Assembly (NCBI GenBank): GCA_051748045.1
Contig: JBNJGY010000031.1
Coordinates: forward strand, 1 to 23,618
Direction of reading: 5' to 3'
DNA from: Thermotogota bacterium
Lineage (GTDB): Bacteria > Thermotogota > Thermotogae > Petrotogales > Petrotogaceae
DNA length: 23,618 nucleotides
A program made the translations under genes and the position numbers. Positions 9,078-18,024 of this stretch are shown here, piece after piece; the first letter of the stretch is position 1, and each line of letters begins with the position of its first letter. The notes beneath the pieces were generated by a model, which did no database searches, was not told where the DNA came from, and saw only the letters and a list, made by a program, of their open reading frames with translations.

Positions 9078-9416
9078 TTGTCAAACAGTGCTAATGGACA
9101 AAAAATGTCCAAACTACAGATTTACAACATCATCCTGTGGATTGTTGGTCTTTCAACAACCTTTCTGTTCACTTTATGGTTAGATTTGCCTGTAGTTTTA
9201 TTTGTTATCGCTATTGTAGCAGTTATTTCAAAACAATGGTTCTTAGGTATGGCTATGGCTTTTCTTAGAGGAACTGGTGTTTTTGGAGTTGCTGAAGGCG
9301 GTATTGAAATGTTGTGGATCACATTGTTTTTACTGTTTGTATTCATGTGGGGAATTTATAGATTCTTCTTTGATACAGACAAATTCTTGAGAAAAAGAAG
9401 ATTTAAAAAACTATAA
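9078..9416 (+). CDS. Small multi-pass membrane protein, unknown function
   Basis: Three to four hydrophobic segments and a basic C-tail; GGGGGTG RBS precedes in-frame TTG at 9078 (ORF track starts at 9030). Confidence 0.7.
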   Translation: MSNSANGQKMSKLQIYNIILWIVGLSTTFLFTLWLDLPVVLFVIAIVAVISKQWFLGMAMAFLRGTGVFGVAEGGIEMLWITLFLLFVFMWGIYRFFFDTDKFLRKRRFKKL

Positions 9417-9444
9417 AAATTAGGAGCCTAGGCTCCTAATTTTT
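9415..9444. terminator. Bidirectional terminator between convergent genes
   Basis: 30-bp perfect palindrome AAAAATTAGGAGCCTAGGCTCCTAATTTTT between two stop codons. Confidence 0.85.
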
Positions 9445-11415
9445 TTATATTTTTAAATTATGTTGATTTTTTATTTTTTGCATTTGATCTCTGTAATTAG
9501 CTGCATCTTCATACCTTAATTCTGAAGCTGCTTTGTACATTTCTTCTTCTAGAAAATTATAATAATCTTCTGGCGACATTCCTTCTCCAACAGCAAAAAC
9601 ATAATCTTCTTCATCCATCTGAGATTTAAAAGGTGCGAATACATCATCAGGTAATTTTTTAATAATAGTTTGTGGAGTTATATTGTTATCTTTGTTAAAC
9701 TGCATTTGAATTTCTCTTCTTCTATTTGTCTCTTCAATTGATCTTTTCATTGCTTTTGTAACTCTATCTGCATACAAGATAACTTTACCATTTACATTTC
9801 TAGCAGCTCTACCAATTGTTTGGATAAGAGTTGTTTCTGACCTTAAAAAACCTTCTCTGTCTGCATCCATAATAGCTATTAAAGAAACTTCAGGCATATC
9901 CAACCCTTCTCTAAGAAGGTTTATTCCAACAACTACATCAATTTCTCCATTTCTTAATTTTTTAACTACCTCTGATCTTTCTATAGTATCTAATTCTGAA
10001 TGTAAATATTGGGATTTTATTCCCATTAGGTTTAAATGATCCGATAACATTTCCGCGTCTTTTTTCGTTAACACAACGGCTAAAGCCCTCTCTCCCCTTT
10101 TCACCACTGTATTTAATTCTGAAACAAAATCATCAATTTGGCCTTCAGTTTTTGTAATAATTACTTCAGGATCAACAAGACCTGTAGGTCTAATAATTTG
10201 TTCAACAATTTGATCTGAAACTTCCATTTCAAAATTTCCTGGTGTTGCAGAAACAAAAATAGCCTGTTTAATCCTTTCTAGGAATTCATCAAAACGTAGA
10301 GGTCTGTTATCTAACGCTGAAGGAAGCCTGAATCCAAAATCAACTAAATTTTTCTTCCTCGCATAATCTCCTTTGAACATCCCCCCAATTTGAGGAACTG
10401 CTATATGCGATTCGTCTATAAAAGTAATAAAATCATCTTCAAAATAATCTAAAAGTGACCAAGGTGAATCTCCAGGGTTTCTATCATCAAAATATCTTGA
10501 ATAATTCTCAATACCTTTACAATACCCCATAGTTTCCAAAAATTCCATATCTTGTCTCGTTCTCTGTTCTATTCTTTGTGCTTCCAATAATTTACCCTGT
10601 GATTTGAAAAGTTCCATCTGTCTCTTCAAATCCTTGTCTATATTAGCCATTGCATTTTGTATTTTTTCCTCCGATGTAACAAACTCTTTTGCGGGATATA
10701 TAGTTATTTTATCAAATTCTTCGATTTTCGTTCTATTATACAAATCAAAAGATTCTATAGATTCAACTTCATCGTCAAAGAAAAGAATTTTTATACCAAA
10801 ATCTTCATAAGGAGGATAAACTTCCAAAACTTCGCCTTTCCATCTAAATGTTCCACCAGAAAAATCATCTTCTTTTCTTGAATACAGCATTTTTCCTAGT
10901 TTTTCAAGAATTTGTCTTCTATTAAACCTTTCGCCTTTTCTTAAATATAAGTTGATCCCTTGAAAATCTCTTGGATTCCCTGATGCGTATATAGCTGAAA
11001 CAGAAGAAACAACTATAACATCTCTTCTTGTTAAGATAGATTTTAATGTAGATAATCTCATTTTGACTAAAACATCGTTAATGTCAGCATTTTTTTCAAT
11101 ATAAATATCTCTTGTTGGAACGTATGCTTCTGGTTGATAATAATCATAATATGAAATAAAAAACTCAACTCTATTTTCAGGGAAAAATTCTTTAAACTCA
11201 TAATATAATTGAACAGCTAAAATTTTATTAGGTGACATTATAAGAGCTGGTCTACCAGTTTGTGCAATTATATTAGCCATAGTGTAAGTTTTACCTGAAC
11301 CGGTGACTCCTAAAAGTGTTTGAAACCTATCATTATTAGTTATACCTTTAACTAGATCTTCTATAGCTTTAGGCTGATCACCTTGTGGTTGATATTCAGA
11401 TTTTAGTTGATACAT
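9445..11415 (-). CDS. uvrB: Excinuclease ABC subunit B
   Basis: [18 protein letters not shown] beta-hairpin, [16 protein letters not shown]-terminal UVR domain. Confidence 0.98.
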   Translation of the reverse strand: MYQLKSEYQPQGDQPKAIEDLVKGITNNDRFQTLLGVTGSGKTYTMANIIAQTGRPALIMSPNKILAVQLYYEFKEFFPENRVEFFISYYDYYQPEAYVPTRDIYIEKNADINDVLVKMRLSTLKSILTRRDVIVVSSVSAIYASGNPRDFQGINLYLRKGERFNRRQILEKLGKMLYSRKEDDFSGGTFRWKGEVLEVYPPYEDFGIKILFFDDEVESIESFDLYNRTKIEEFDKITIYPAKEFVTSEEKIQNAMANIDKDLKRQMELFKSQGKLLEAQRIEQRTRQDMEFLETMGYCKGIENYSRYFDDRNPGDSPWSLLDYFEDDFITFIDESHIAVPQIGGMFKGDYARKKNLVDFGFRLPSALDNRPLRFDEFLERIKQAIFVSATPGNFEMEVSDQIVEQIIRPTGLVDPEVIITKTEGQIDDFVSELNTVVKRGERALAVVLTKKDAEMLSDHLNLMGIKSQYLHSELDTIERSEVVKKLRNGEIDVVVGINLLREGLDMPEVSLIAIMDADREGFLRSETTLIQTIGRAARNVNGKVILYADRVTKAMKRSIEETNRRREIQMQFNKDNNITPQTIIKKLPDDVFAPFKSQMDEEDYVFAVGEGMSPEDYYNFLEEEMYKAASELRYEDAANYRDQMQKIKNQHNLKI

Positions 11416-11419
11416 AAAA

Positions 11420-12079
11420 TCACCTCAAATGATCTTCTATTTGTTTTAAATCATTTATTTTTTCAATATTTTCTAAATTATGTTTGTCGTTTCTATCTAT
11501 TAATAAAGCTTTTATTCCAAATTCTTTGGCTCCATAATAATCTGCTTCTACTTTGTCTCCTATAAAAATAGCTTCATCTTTATTGACATCCAAATTCTTC
11601 AAAGATCTCTCAAAGATTTCTGGAGCTGGTTTGTACATTTTTGCATCTTCCGAAATGATCAAATCATCGTAGTATATTTCATTTTTCTCCAAAACTTTTT
11701 TGACAAAATAAGTGTCTGCATTAGTGATAATACCTATTTTATATCCTTGATCTCTAATTTTTTCTACTGTATCTACATCATCGTATCCCTTTAGTCTTGC
11801 AAAAGTTTCGTACATAAGATCTACGTAAAAATCAGAACTTTCAGTTAATCCATATAAAGCTTTTAGTTTATTAAATAAAATCTTATAGTAATATCTTTCT
11901 GGTTTGAAATCTTTTTCATGATGACCATCAAAAGTTTTTTCGTAAAATTTGTATATTATCTCTTCTATTTCATCAAAATCTATATTTGTTTCTATGGATA
12001 ATTCATACGATATGGGTTTAAAAAGATTATCTGCATCAACAAGAGTTCCAAACAAATCGAATATCACTGCTTTTATCAT
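11420..12079 (-). CDS. HAD-superfamily hydrolase
   Basis: Motif I FDLFGTL, motif II ITNA, KP, motif IV GDKVEAD; 4 nt upstream of uvrB. Confidence 0.9.
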   Translation of the reverse strand: MIKAVIFDLFGTLVDADNLFKPISYELSIETNIDFDEIEEIIYKFYEKTFDGHHEKDFKPERYYYKILFNKLKALYGLTESSDFYVDLMYETFARLKGYDDVDTVEKIRDQGYKIGIITNADTYFVKKVLEKNEIYYDDLIISEDAKMYKPAPEIFERSLKNLDVNKDEAIFIGDKVEADYYGAKEFGIKALLIDRNDKHNLENIEKINDLKQIEDHLR

Positions 12080-12118
12080 AATTTCAACTCCTAATTTAAT
12101 TTATATTTCAATTATAAC

Positions 12119-12155
12119 AAAAAACCGAGAATAGAAAGAAATCTATTCTCGGTTT
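12119..12155 (-). terminator. Intrinsic terminator after the 12169..13392 gene
   Basis: AAACCGAGAATAGA-N6-TCTATTCTCGGTTT with a U-tract on the minus strand. Confidence 0.8.
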
Positions 12156-12168
12156 GATAACATTTTTT

Positions 12169-13392
12169 TTAAAAAATAAATTCCACACCTAAGTTTATTT
12201 TCAAACCATTCTCTGCATCTAAAGTACTAGAATTAAATTCATTTTGAATTGGAAAATCAAATATATAAGAGCCTTCTGCAAAAAAACCTATATTTTTTGT
12301 CAGTGCAAAATTCATCATTATTCCTGGAGAAACATAAAAAGAGTTATATATTCCATTCAGCTCATCTACAATAAACGTAGTTTTTCCTCCCAAATCTATA
12401 TTTGGAGTTACACTTATATTATTTGCATAAATCATATAACCCATCTCAATACCAGCTAAAGTATCTAATTGATCACTAGCAAAAGTAAAACTAAAATCAC
12501 CTGCAAAATAAAACCCTTCATAATTATCCATTCCAATTTTCATACCAATTCCATTTTTCCCAGAATTAAAGTTTGTATAATATAAATTAAGTCTTCCTCT
12601 GAAAGGGCTCATATAAGGGTTTTCTAAAACATAAGAAGCATCTTTTACTCTAAATCTTGTAGGATATTCTGCTATTCTCAAAATTGCGGTTTCTTCTCTA
12701 ACTTGTTTTACATATAATTTCCCATCTAAAATAGTTTTTCTGCCATTTCCTACATTAACTTCTCTTGCAAACTGAAAAACCATACCTTCATATATCCCAG
12801 CATTTCTTCCTAAATTAACTTTTACAAAATCATCTATAATATCAGAAATAACATTTGCTTTTATTTTAAATAATGCATTTAGTTTAGTTACTATGTTAGA
12901 TGAAACACTAGAAATAGCATAATTTCTTGCTTCTCTATTGGCAGAGAAGCTTGATTTAAAACCATCTATGTAAGATGTTCCACTTCCCATAAATCTTTTT
13001 GTTTCTTTTACTTCAGCGGTATTGATATCTATAAGTTTATAATTAACCCAAATATTGTATTCCCAATAATCTTGTTCTGTATCCTCATTATACTTTTTAT
13101 CTTCAAAAGTATCTAAAATTTCAACAAAAATCAATGCATCTGCATTAATATCCTTCAATGCTTTTGTATTATTCCCACTGATTTTTTCAATTACATCTCT
13201 ATATAAAAAATCATTAGATGTAACAACCCTGTATTTTCCTTGAGAATTCAATCTAGAAATAATACTTTCCCTTAATATTGCTGAATCATCAGCATTACCT
13301 GTAGTATATACAACTAAAGTTTTTCTCAAATCTTGTGATAATCCAAATATTGACATCAACAAAATTATAAATATTATAAAATATTTTCTCAT
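12169..13392 (-). CDS. Secreted envelope protein: CsgG/FlgT-like N-terminal and middle domains plus a C-terminal beta-barrel-like region
   Basis: Signal peptide; 'VNYKLIDINTAEV' (CsgG/TolB-N-like) and 'VKVNLGRNAGIYEGMVF' (FlgT-C-like) patterns; alternating strands ending GLKINLGVEFIF. Confidence 0.55.
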   Translation of the reverse strand: MRKYFIIFIILLMSIFGLSQDLRKTLVVYTTGNADDSAILRESIISRLNSQGKYRVVTSNDFLYRDVIEKISGNNTKALKDINADALIFVEILDTFEDKKYNEDTEQDYWEYNIWVNYKLIDINTAEVKETKRFMGSGTSYIDGFKSSFSANREARNYAISSVSSNIVTKLNALFKIKANVISDIIDDFVKVNLGRNAGIYEGMVFQFAREVNVGNGRKTILDGKLYVKQVREETAILRIAEYPTRFRVKDASYVLENPYMSPFRGRLNLYYTNFNSGKNGIGMKIGMDNYEGFYFAGDFSFTFASDQLDTLAGIEMGYMIYANNISVTPNIDLGGKTTFIVDELNGIYNSFYVSPGIMMNFALTKNIGFFAEGSYIFDFPIQNEFNSSTLDAENGLKINLGVEFIF

Positions 13393-13506
13393 TTTAAAAC
13401 ACCTCCTATTTTCAATTCAATTATATTACCTTATATTTTTAAAAGCAATAAAAAATTGATTTTATGTCATTGCAAAGAATAACTTGGCTATATATAAAAT
13501 AAAAAA

Positions 13507-14667
13507 TTATAATATAGTGTACATAAGATGAGAAAACATAGCAGCTAACAAACCAGCTATTGTATGAGATAAAATAGCTTTACTTGCTAATTTTCTTGAA
13601 CCAATAGCATCCATCATCGCAACGTGAGTTGATAAATATCCACTCCACGTCAAACCAATAGATGTGAATACAGCAACCTCATTTCCTGTCATAATTCCTT
13701 CTTTGATAAATGTCGGTATCAAAGCCAATGCTGCACCAGTAGAACCAAGTGAAGTCAGTGGGAATGCTATTAATTTTGGAGCCTCAAAACCAAATAAAAA
13801 TTCTAAAACAGGAGAAACCTTACTAGCTATCCAAGGCAAAAAAGGTACACCTTCATAAGCTAAACCTTGATAACCTAAATTTATATCTTTTGGCCCATAA
13901 GTAATAATCATAATAAAAGTAGAAATAATCAATACTCCAGGGATAATATCAAGACCTAATTGAACTCCCCCTTTTCCACCTTCTAAAAGAGCATCTAAAA
14001 CCCTTGATCCTGCAGTACCCTCACGAACTTTTCTCCAAGTAACTGTTTCTTCACCTTCATTTTCTATATCTCCAAACTCTTTTTTTGTAAAGACAGAAAA
14101 TATTCTAACACTAATTATACTTCCTACTACAGCTCCCATAAGGCCTATAAAAACTGGTTTAACTAGATTTTCACCCATATCTCCAGATTGTGCAAGCATA
14201 TATGTTGACACGATAAGTCCCATTCCAAATGAAGTTCCTAAATTACACAATAAAGGAACTTGCCATTTTTTAAAAAATTTTATAAACTCTCTATCTTTTG
14301 TAAGTGTTAAAATTGCGGGGTTATCTGACAAAAATGTTGTTAATATACCAATAGAAGCAGCTCCAGGTAAATGGTATAAAGGCTTCATCAAATATTTAAG
14401 TACTCTATTAATAAGATTCACAACACCAAATTCAGAAAGCAAAGCCCCCAATGCACCTGTTAAAACAGCAACAGCCATAATGAAAAAAACTGTGTTTAAT
14501 AATAAATCATGAGCTGTAGCCATTAATGTTTTAAAAAGATTAGCTGGTTCCATATATAATGAAAGAGGAACGAAAATACCCGCTAAAATTATTAAAAAAA
14601 CAAATGGTTCTGATTCTATCTTTATATTTCTTCTTTTAATCTTTCTTGCTGTAATTCTTGTTTTCAT
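13507..14667 (-). CDS. Integral membrane protein, nucleoside-recognition Gate domain (CD0519/CD1768-like), probable transporter
   Basis: About 9-10 TM segments; TAHDLLLNTVFFIM, FLSDNPA, NLGTSFGMG, WSGYLSTHVAMMD recalled from this family. Confidence 0.65.
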   Translation of the reverse strand: MKTRITARKIKRRNIKIESEPFVFLIILAGIFVPLSLYMEPANLFKTLMATAHDLLLNTVFFIMAVAVLTGALGALLSEFGVVNLINRVLKYLMKPLYHLPGAASIGILTTFLSDNPAILTLTKDREFIKFFKKWQVPLLCNLGTSFGMGLIVSTYMLAQSGDMGENLVKPVFIGLMGAVVGSIISVRIFSVFTKKEFGDIENEGEETVTWRKVREGTAGSRVLDALLEGGKGGVQLGLDIIPGVLIISTFIMIITYGPKDINLGYQGLAYEGVPFLPWIASKVSPVLEFLFGFEAPKLIAFPLTSLGSTGAALALIPTFIKEGIMTGNEVAVFTSIGLTWSGYLSTHVAMMDAIGSRKLASKAILSHTIAGLLAAMFSHLMYTIL

Positions 14668-14814
14668 CTTATCAACCTCGCTATGAAAATTTTTTCATTC
14701 AAAACAAAAATACTAGATTTCACCTAAAATTCAAAACTCTAAAATCCCTTATTTTTAAGGATAACAACTAATTACTTTAAAAATTCTTATTTTATATTGA
14801 TTTTTTATAACCAT

Positions 14815-14842
14815 AAAAAAAAGATAGGACTTCTCCTATCTT
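14815..14842 (-). terminator. Intrinsic terminator after ecfA2
   Basis: AAGATAGGA-CTTC-TCCTATCTT stem overlapping the stop codon, followed by a U-tract on the minus strand. Confidence 0.75.
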
Positions 14843-15647
14843 ATATTGAAGCTATTTGATTTGCAAGTACCATATCATTTTTTAACAAAGCTTTTCTATA
14901 CAACCCTAATTTTTTGTCAAGTACTATTCCAGATCCTTCTAGTTCTTCTATGTCAAGTGATATAAAATCATCAAATTCACCTTTAAAAGCTATATTCCCG
15001 TCTTTTAACATTAATACTTTTGGTTTTAGTTCAACAAACTCATTTATCCAATGAGTTGCAAGAATCAATGTTTTACCGGAATCATTAAGTTTTTTAACCA
15101 TTTTAAATACTGACTTTCTAGTGCTATAATCTAGACCAACAGTAGGTTCATCAAAAATTATGTAATCAGGTTCATAAGACAAGACAGATATTATTGCTAC
15201 TTTTCTCATTTCTCCCCCAGATAAATTAAAAGGGCTTCTGTCAAGATATTCATGAGGTAAAGCAAGAATATTCATATAACTTTTTATTTTTTCCAAATCA
15301 TAATCTACTTCAAAATTTTTTGGGGCATATTCAAACTCTTCATTTACTGTAGGTAAGAAAAATTGAGCTTCGGGATACTGAAAAATAATTCCAATTTTCT
15401 TTCTTATATCTCTTATATCTTTCTTTTTATCTTTAATAGAAACATCATCTATATAGATATCTCCTTCTTCAGGAAATATTAAACCGTTGAAAGTATTAAT
15501 CAGTGTACTTTTCCCTGAACCCGTATGTCCAATAAAAAGCCAAAGCTCTCCGTCTTTTATTTCCATTTCGATATTTTTCAAAGCCTTTTTTTCAAAAGGT
15601 GTATTTTTTGAATATGTGAATGAAATATTGTCTATTTTAATTCCCAA
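14841..15647 (-). CDS. ecfA2: ECF transporter ATPase (EcfA2/CbiO-like)
   Basis: YSKNTPFEKKAL N-terminus, Walker A GHTGSGKST, FQYPEAQFF, SPFNLSGGE, Walker B IFDEP; overlaps ecfA1 by 11 nt. Confidence 0.88.
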   Translation of the reverse strand: MGIKIDNISFTYSKNTPFEKKALKNIEMEIKDGELWLFIGHTGSGKSTLINTFNGLIFPEEGDIYIDDVSIKDKKKDIRDIRKKIGIIFQYPEAQFFLPTVNEEFEYAPKNFEVDYDLEKIKSYMNILALPHEYLDRSPFNLSGGEMRKVAIISVLSYEPDYIIFDEPTVGLDYSTRKSVFKMVKKLNDSGKTLILATHWINEFVELKPKVLMLKDGNIAFKGEFDDFISLDIEELEGSGIVLDKKLGLYRKALLKNDMVLANQIASI

Positions 15648-16389
15648 GGTATTTCACCAACTCTTCATAATCTTTATTCGTATGTTTTTTTACCTCAAAT
15701 TCTATAGGATATTCAATATTAAAATCATTATGTTTATAAAAGTCATCTCTTGTTCCATCAAAATGAACTTTCCCTTCTTTTAATGCTATAATTCTCGACA
15801 CATCTTCCAAATCATCAGAATGATGAGAAGCTATTATTATAGTCTTTCCAAGATTAACAAGTCTTTTAATAACTTTATAAACCTCTCTTCTTCCAACGGG
15901 ATCAAGCATAGTTGTAGGTTCATCCATAAGAATGATTTCAGGCTCCATAGCAACAATAGAAGCAATTGCAAGTCTTTGTTTTTGTCCACCTGAAAGTGCA
16001 TTAGGATCTGATTTTTCCAGTCCTTTTAACCCTACAACTTCCAATGCCCATTTTATCTTTTTCAACATTTCTTCTCTCTCAACCCCGATATTTTCAAGTC
16101 CAAAAGCTACATCTTCTTCCACGGTTACTCCAACAATTTGATTTTCAGGATTTTGAAAAATATAACCAACTTTTATCCTGCTTTTATCATCAAGATTTTC
16201 ACCTTTAAAAAAAACTTCACCATCATACTCAGTAAAAATACCACTAATAATCTTCATCAAGGTTGATTTACCACTTCCATTATCTCCAACAAGTCCAGTA
16301 AACTCACCTTTTTCAAACTCAATATTAATGTTTTGAAGTATTTTTGTATTTCCATATGAGAAATTAATATTTTTACATCCAAAAAACAT
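15637..16389 (-). CDS. ecfA1: ECF transporter ATPase (EcfA1/CbiO-like)
   Basis: GDNGSGKST, FQNPENQIVGVTVEEDVAFGLEN, LSGGQKQR, DEPTTMLDP. Confidence 0.9.
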   Translation of the reverse strand: MFFGCKNINFSYGNTKILQNINIEFEKGEFTGLVGDNGSGKSTLMKIISGIFTEYDGEVFFKGENLDDKSRIKVGYIFQNPENQIVGVTVEEDVAFGLENIGVEREEMLKKIKWALEVVGLKGLEKSDPNALSGGQKQRLAIASIVAMEPEIILMDEPTTMLDPVGRREVYKVIKRLVNLGKTIIIASHHSDDLEDVSRIIALKEGKVHFDGTRDDFYKHNDFNIEYPIEFEVKKHTNKDYEELVKYLGN

Positions 16390-16390
16390 A

Positions 16391-17146
16391 TTAATCTTCC
16401 TTTACTGATTTATATACCCTTGCTCCACCATCTTTTGCAATAACTTTTGAATTACCAAATATTTCTTTCATGTATTCCATAATCCTTTTACCACCTTTAT
16501 TATGAAAGGCAACTAATTGTAAAGAACCATTTTCATTCAAATGATCAATGGATTGTTCTACTAATTCCATCCATATTTCTTTCCCAGCTACTATTGGTGG
16601 ATTAGATACTATCATATCAAATTTTTCATCTTCCCATGGTTCAAATAAGTAACCATGCCTAATTTCTACATTTGCATTATTATCTTTCGCATTTTTCCCA
16701 GCATAGTCTACAGCTCTTTTATTAATATCACTCATGTATATTTCTGTATTTGGGTATTCTTTTTTCAAAGTAATACCAATAACACCATATCCACAGCCTA
16801 TATCGAGTATTTTTCTACCATCGATATCCATATTTTCAATCAGAGCAATAGTCGCTCTGTCAACTCTTTTTTTACCATAAACTCCCGAAGGAGCTTCAAA
16901 TTTATACTCATGATCATTTTTTAACTTTAAATTCAAATTCTTTATTGTCAATTCAGAAGTTGGATTTTTTGTATAATAATGTTCAAATTTATCTGTTTTA
17001 GGTTTTTTCTTTTTATCTTTCTTCTTCAAAGTTTTCTTATCTACAAGATCCATAACCTCGTCAACATCCAAGTGCGCTATATCTTCAGGTCCTAATATTT
17101 GAACATCTTCTCTTTTTTCTTCTTTTTCTCTTCTATTTTTACTCAA
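16391..17146 (-). CDS. Class I SAM-dependent methyltransferase, RsmC/YbxB (MTS) family, with a charged N-terminal extension
   Basis: EHYY motif, LDIGCGYGVIG SAM-binding loop, SNPP motif; AGGAGG RBS before TTG. Confidence 0.88.
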   Translation of the reverse strand: MSKNRREKEEKREDVQILGPEDIAHLDVDEVMDLVDKKTLKKKDKKKKPKTDKFEHYYTKNPTSELTIKNLNLKLKNDHEYKFEAPSGVYGKKRVDRATIALIENMDIDGRKILDIGCGYGVIGITLKKEYPNTEIYMSDINKRAVDYAGKNAKDNNANVEIRHGYLFEPWEDEKFDMIVSNPPIVAGKEIWMELVEQSIDHLNENGSLQLVAFHNKGGKRIMEYMKEIFGNSKVIAKDGGARVYKSVKED

Positions 17147-17167
17147 AAGATATTCCTCCTTATTTCT

Positions 17168-17821
17168 TTAAAAACCTTTATAAGCCAATTCTAGAGTAAA
17201 TGTATAATCATTATCAAATTTATAAAAAATAAACCCACCAGGAATCACAGAATAATTCCCTAAAAAGTTTATATAAAATCTTATATCCCATTCATCTGTA
17301 TCAAAAAACTCATACCCAACATATCCATTAAAACCTCTCAATTGAGCTAAGTCTTCTGGAAATGCTTGGAAATAATATGATAATCCTTCTTCTGTTCTAA
17401 CAATGTTCATTGTTCTCAAGCTTAAATTGGCTCCAAAAATTATATTAGATAATTGTCCATTAAAAAAAATGTTTGAACCAAAATATCCAGCATATTCTGT
17501 TTCTGTAGAAGGTTCCGTAAAAGAATTGAAAAAACCAATCCCAAAATCAAATTGATCATAAACAATATCTAAACCAGCATTAATATTATTATTTTGTACA
17601 GGATTCTCCATAGCAAAATTAAAACTAACAAAAGGTTGTACTCTTTCAAAAAATGTCTGTCTATATGAAAAAGAAAAATCCTTGTTGGATATTTTCAAAT
17701 AATTGTTCGAGTCTCTATATCCAGCCCCAATACTCTGTGGTATATCTAATACAGCAAACACTTCTGCAAATACCCCTATAGAAATAATTACAACGGTTAG
17801 AAAAATTATTAGCTTTTTCAC
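17168..17821 (-). CDS. Secreted protein, possible small outer-membrane beta-barrel
   Basis: AGGAGG RBS before in-frame GTG at 17821 gives signal peptide MKKLIIFLTVVIISIGVFA; aromatic alternating strands; ends FTLELAYKGF. Confidence 0.6.
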   Translation of the reverse strand: MKKLIIFLTVVIISIGVFAEVFAVLDIPQSIGAGYRDSNNYLKISNKDFSFSYRQTFFERVQPFVSFNFAMENPVQNNNINAGLDIVYDQFDFGIGFFNSFTEPSTETEYAGYFGSNIFFNGQLSNIIFGANLSLRTMNIVRTEEGLSYYFQAFPEDLAQLRGFNGYVGYEFFDTDEWDIRFYINFLGNYSVIPGGFIFYKFDNDYTFTLELAYKGF

Positions 17822-17877
17822 TTTCACCCCTCCTACAATTTTATAACAATTCAATTATAACAAAAATATATAAAAAA

Positions 17878-17980
17878 GGTGGCTGAGCACCCCGCGGCAC
17901 ACGAAAAACGACGCTTATGGCTGCTCCCTTCCGGGCCTGACCAGATTCACGAGTTTTCGTTGCGCGGGACCCAGCCACTT
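17878..17980 (-). ncRNA. ffs: Signal recognition particle RNA (small bacterial SRP, 4.5S)
   Basis: GC-rich island; minus strand contains domain IV TCAGGCCCGGAAGGGAGCAGC with a GGAA tetraloop; ends pair (GTGGCTG/CAGCCAC) and are followed by a U-run. Confidence 0.95.
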
Positions 17981-17996
17981 GTAAGTCCCGAATAGT

Positions 17997-18024
17997 ATTA
18001 TACCATAGATAAATAAAAAATCAA
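17997..18024 (-). promoter_or_regulatory. Promoter for ffs
   Basis: TTGATT (overlapping the purH stop)-N16-TATAAT with an extended -10 (TGGTATAAT). Confidence 0.65.

Noticed and set aside
6596-16924. Short ORFs 6596..6784, 9122..9346, 10604..10810, 10657..10881, 11949..12134, 12244..12459, 13664..13858, 15487..15783, 15932..16141, 16655..16924
   Set aside because: All lie antisense to well-supported genes and show no coding features
17878-17990. GC-rich island as a riboswitch or mobile repeat
   Set aside because: Explained by the SRP RNA domain IV motif and terminal helix
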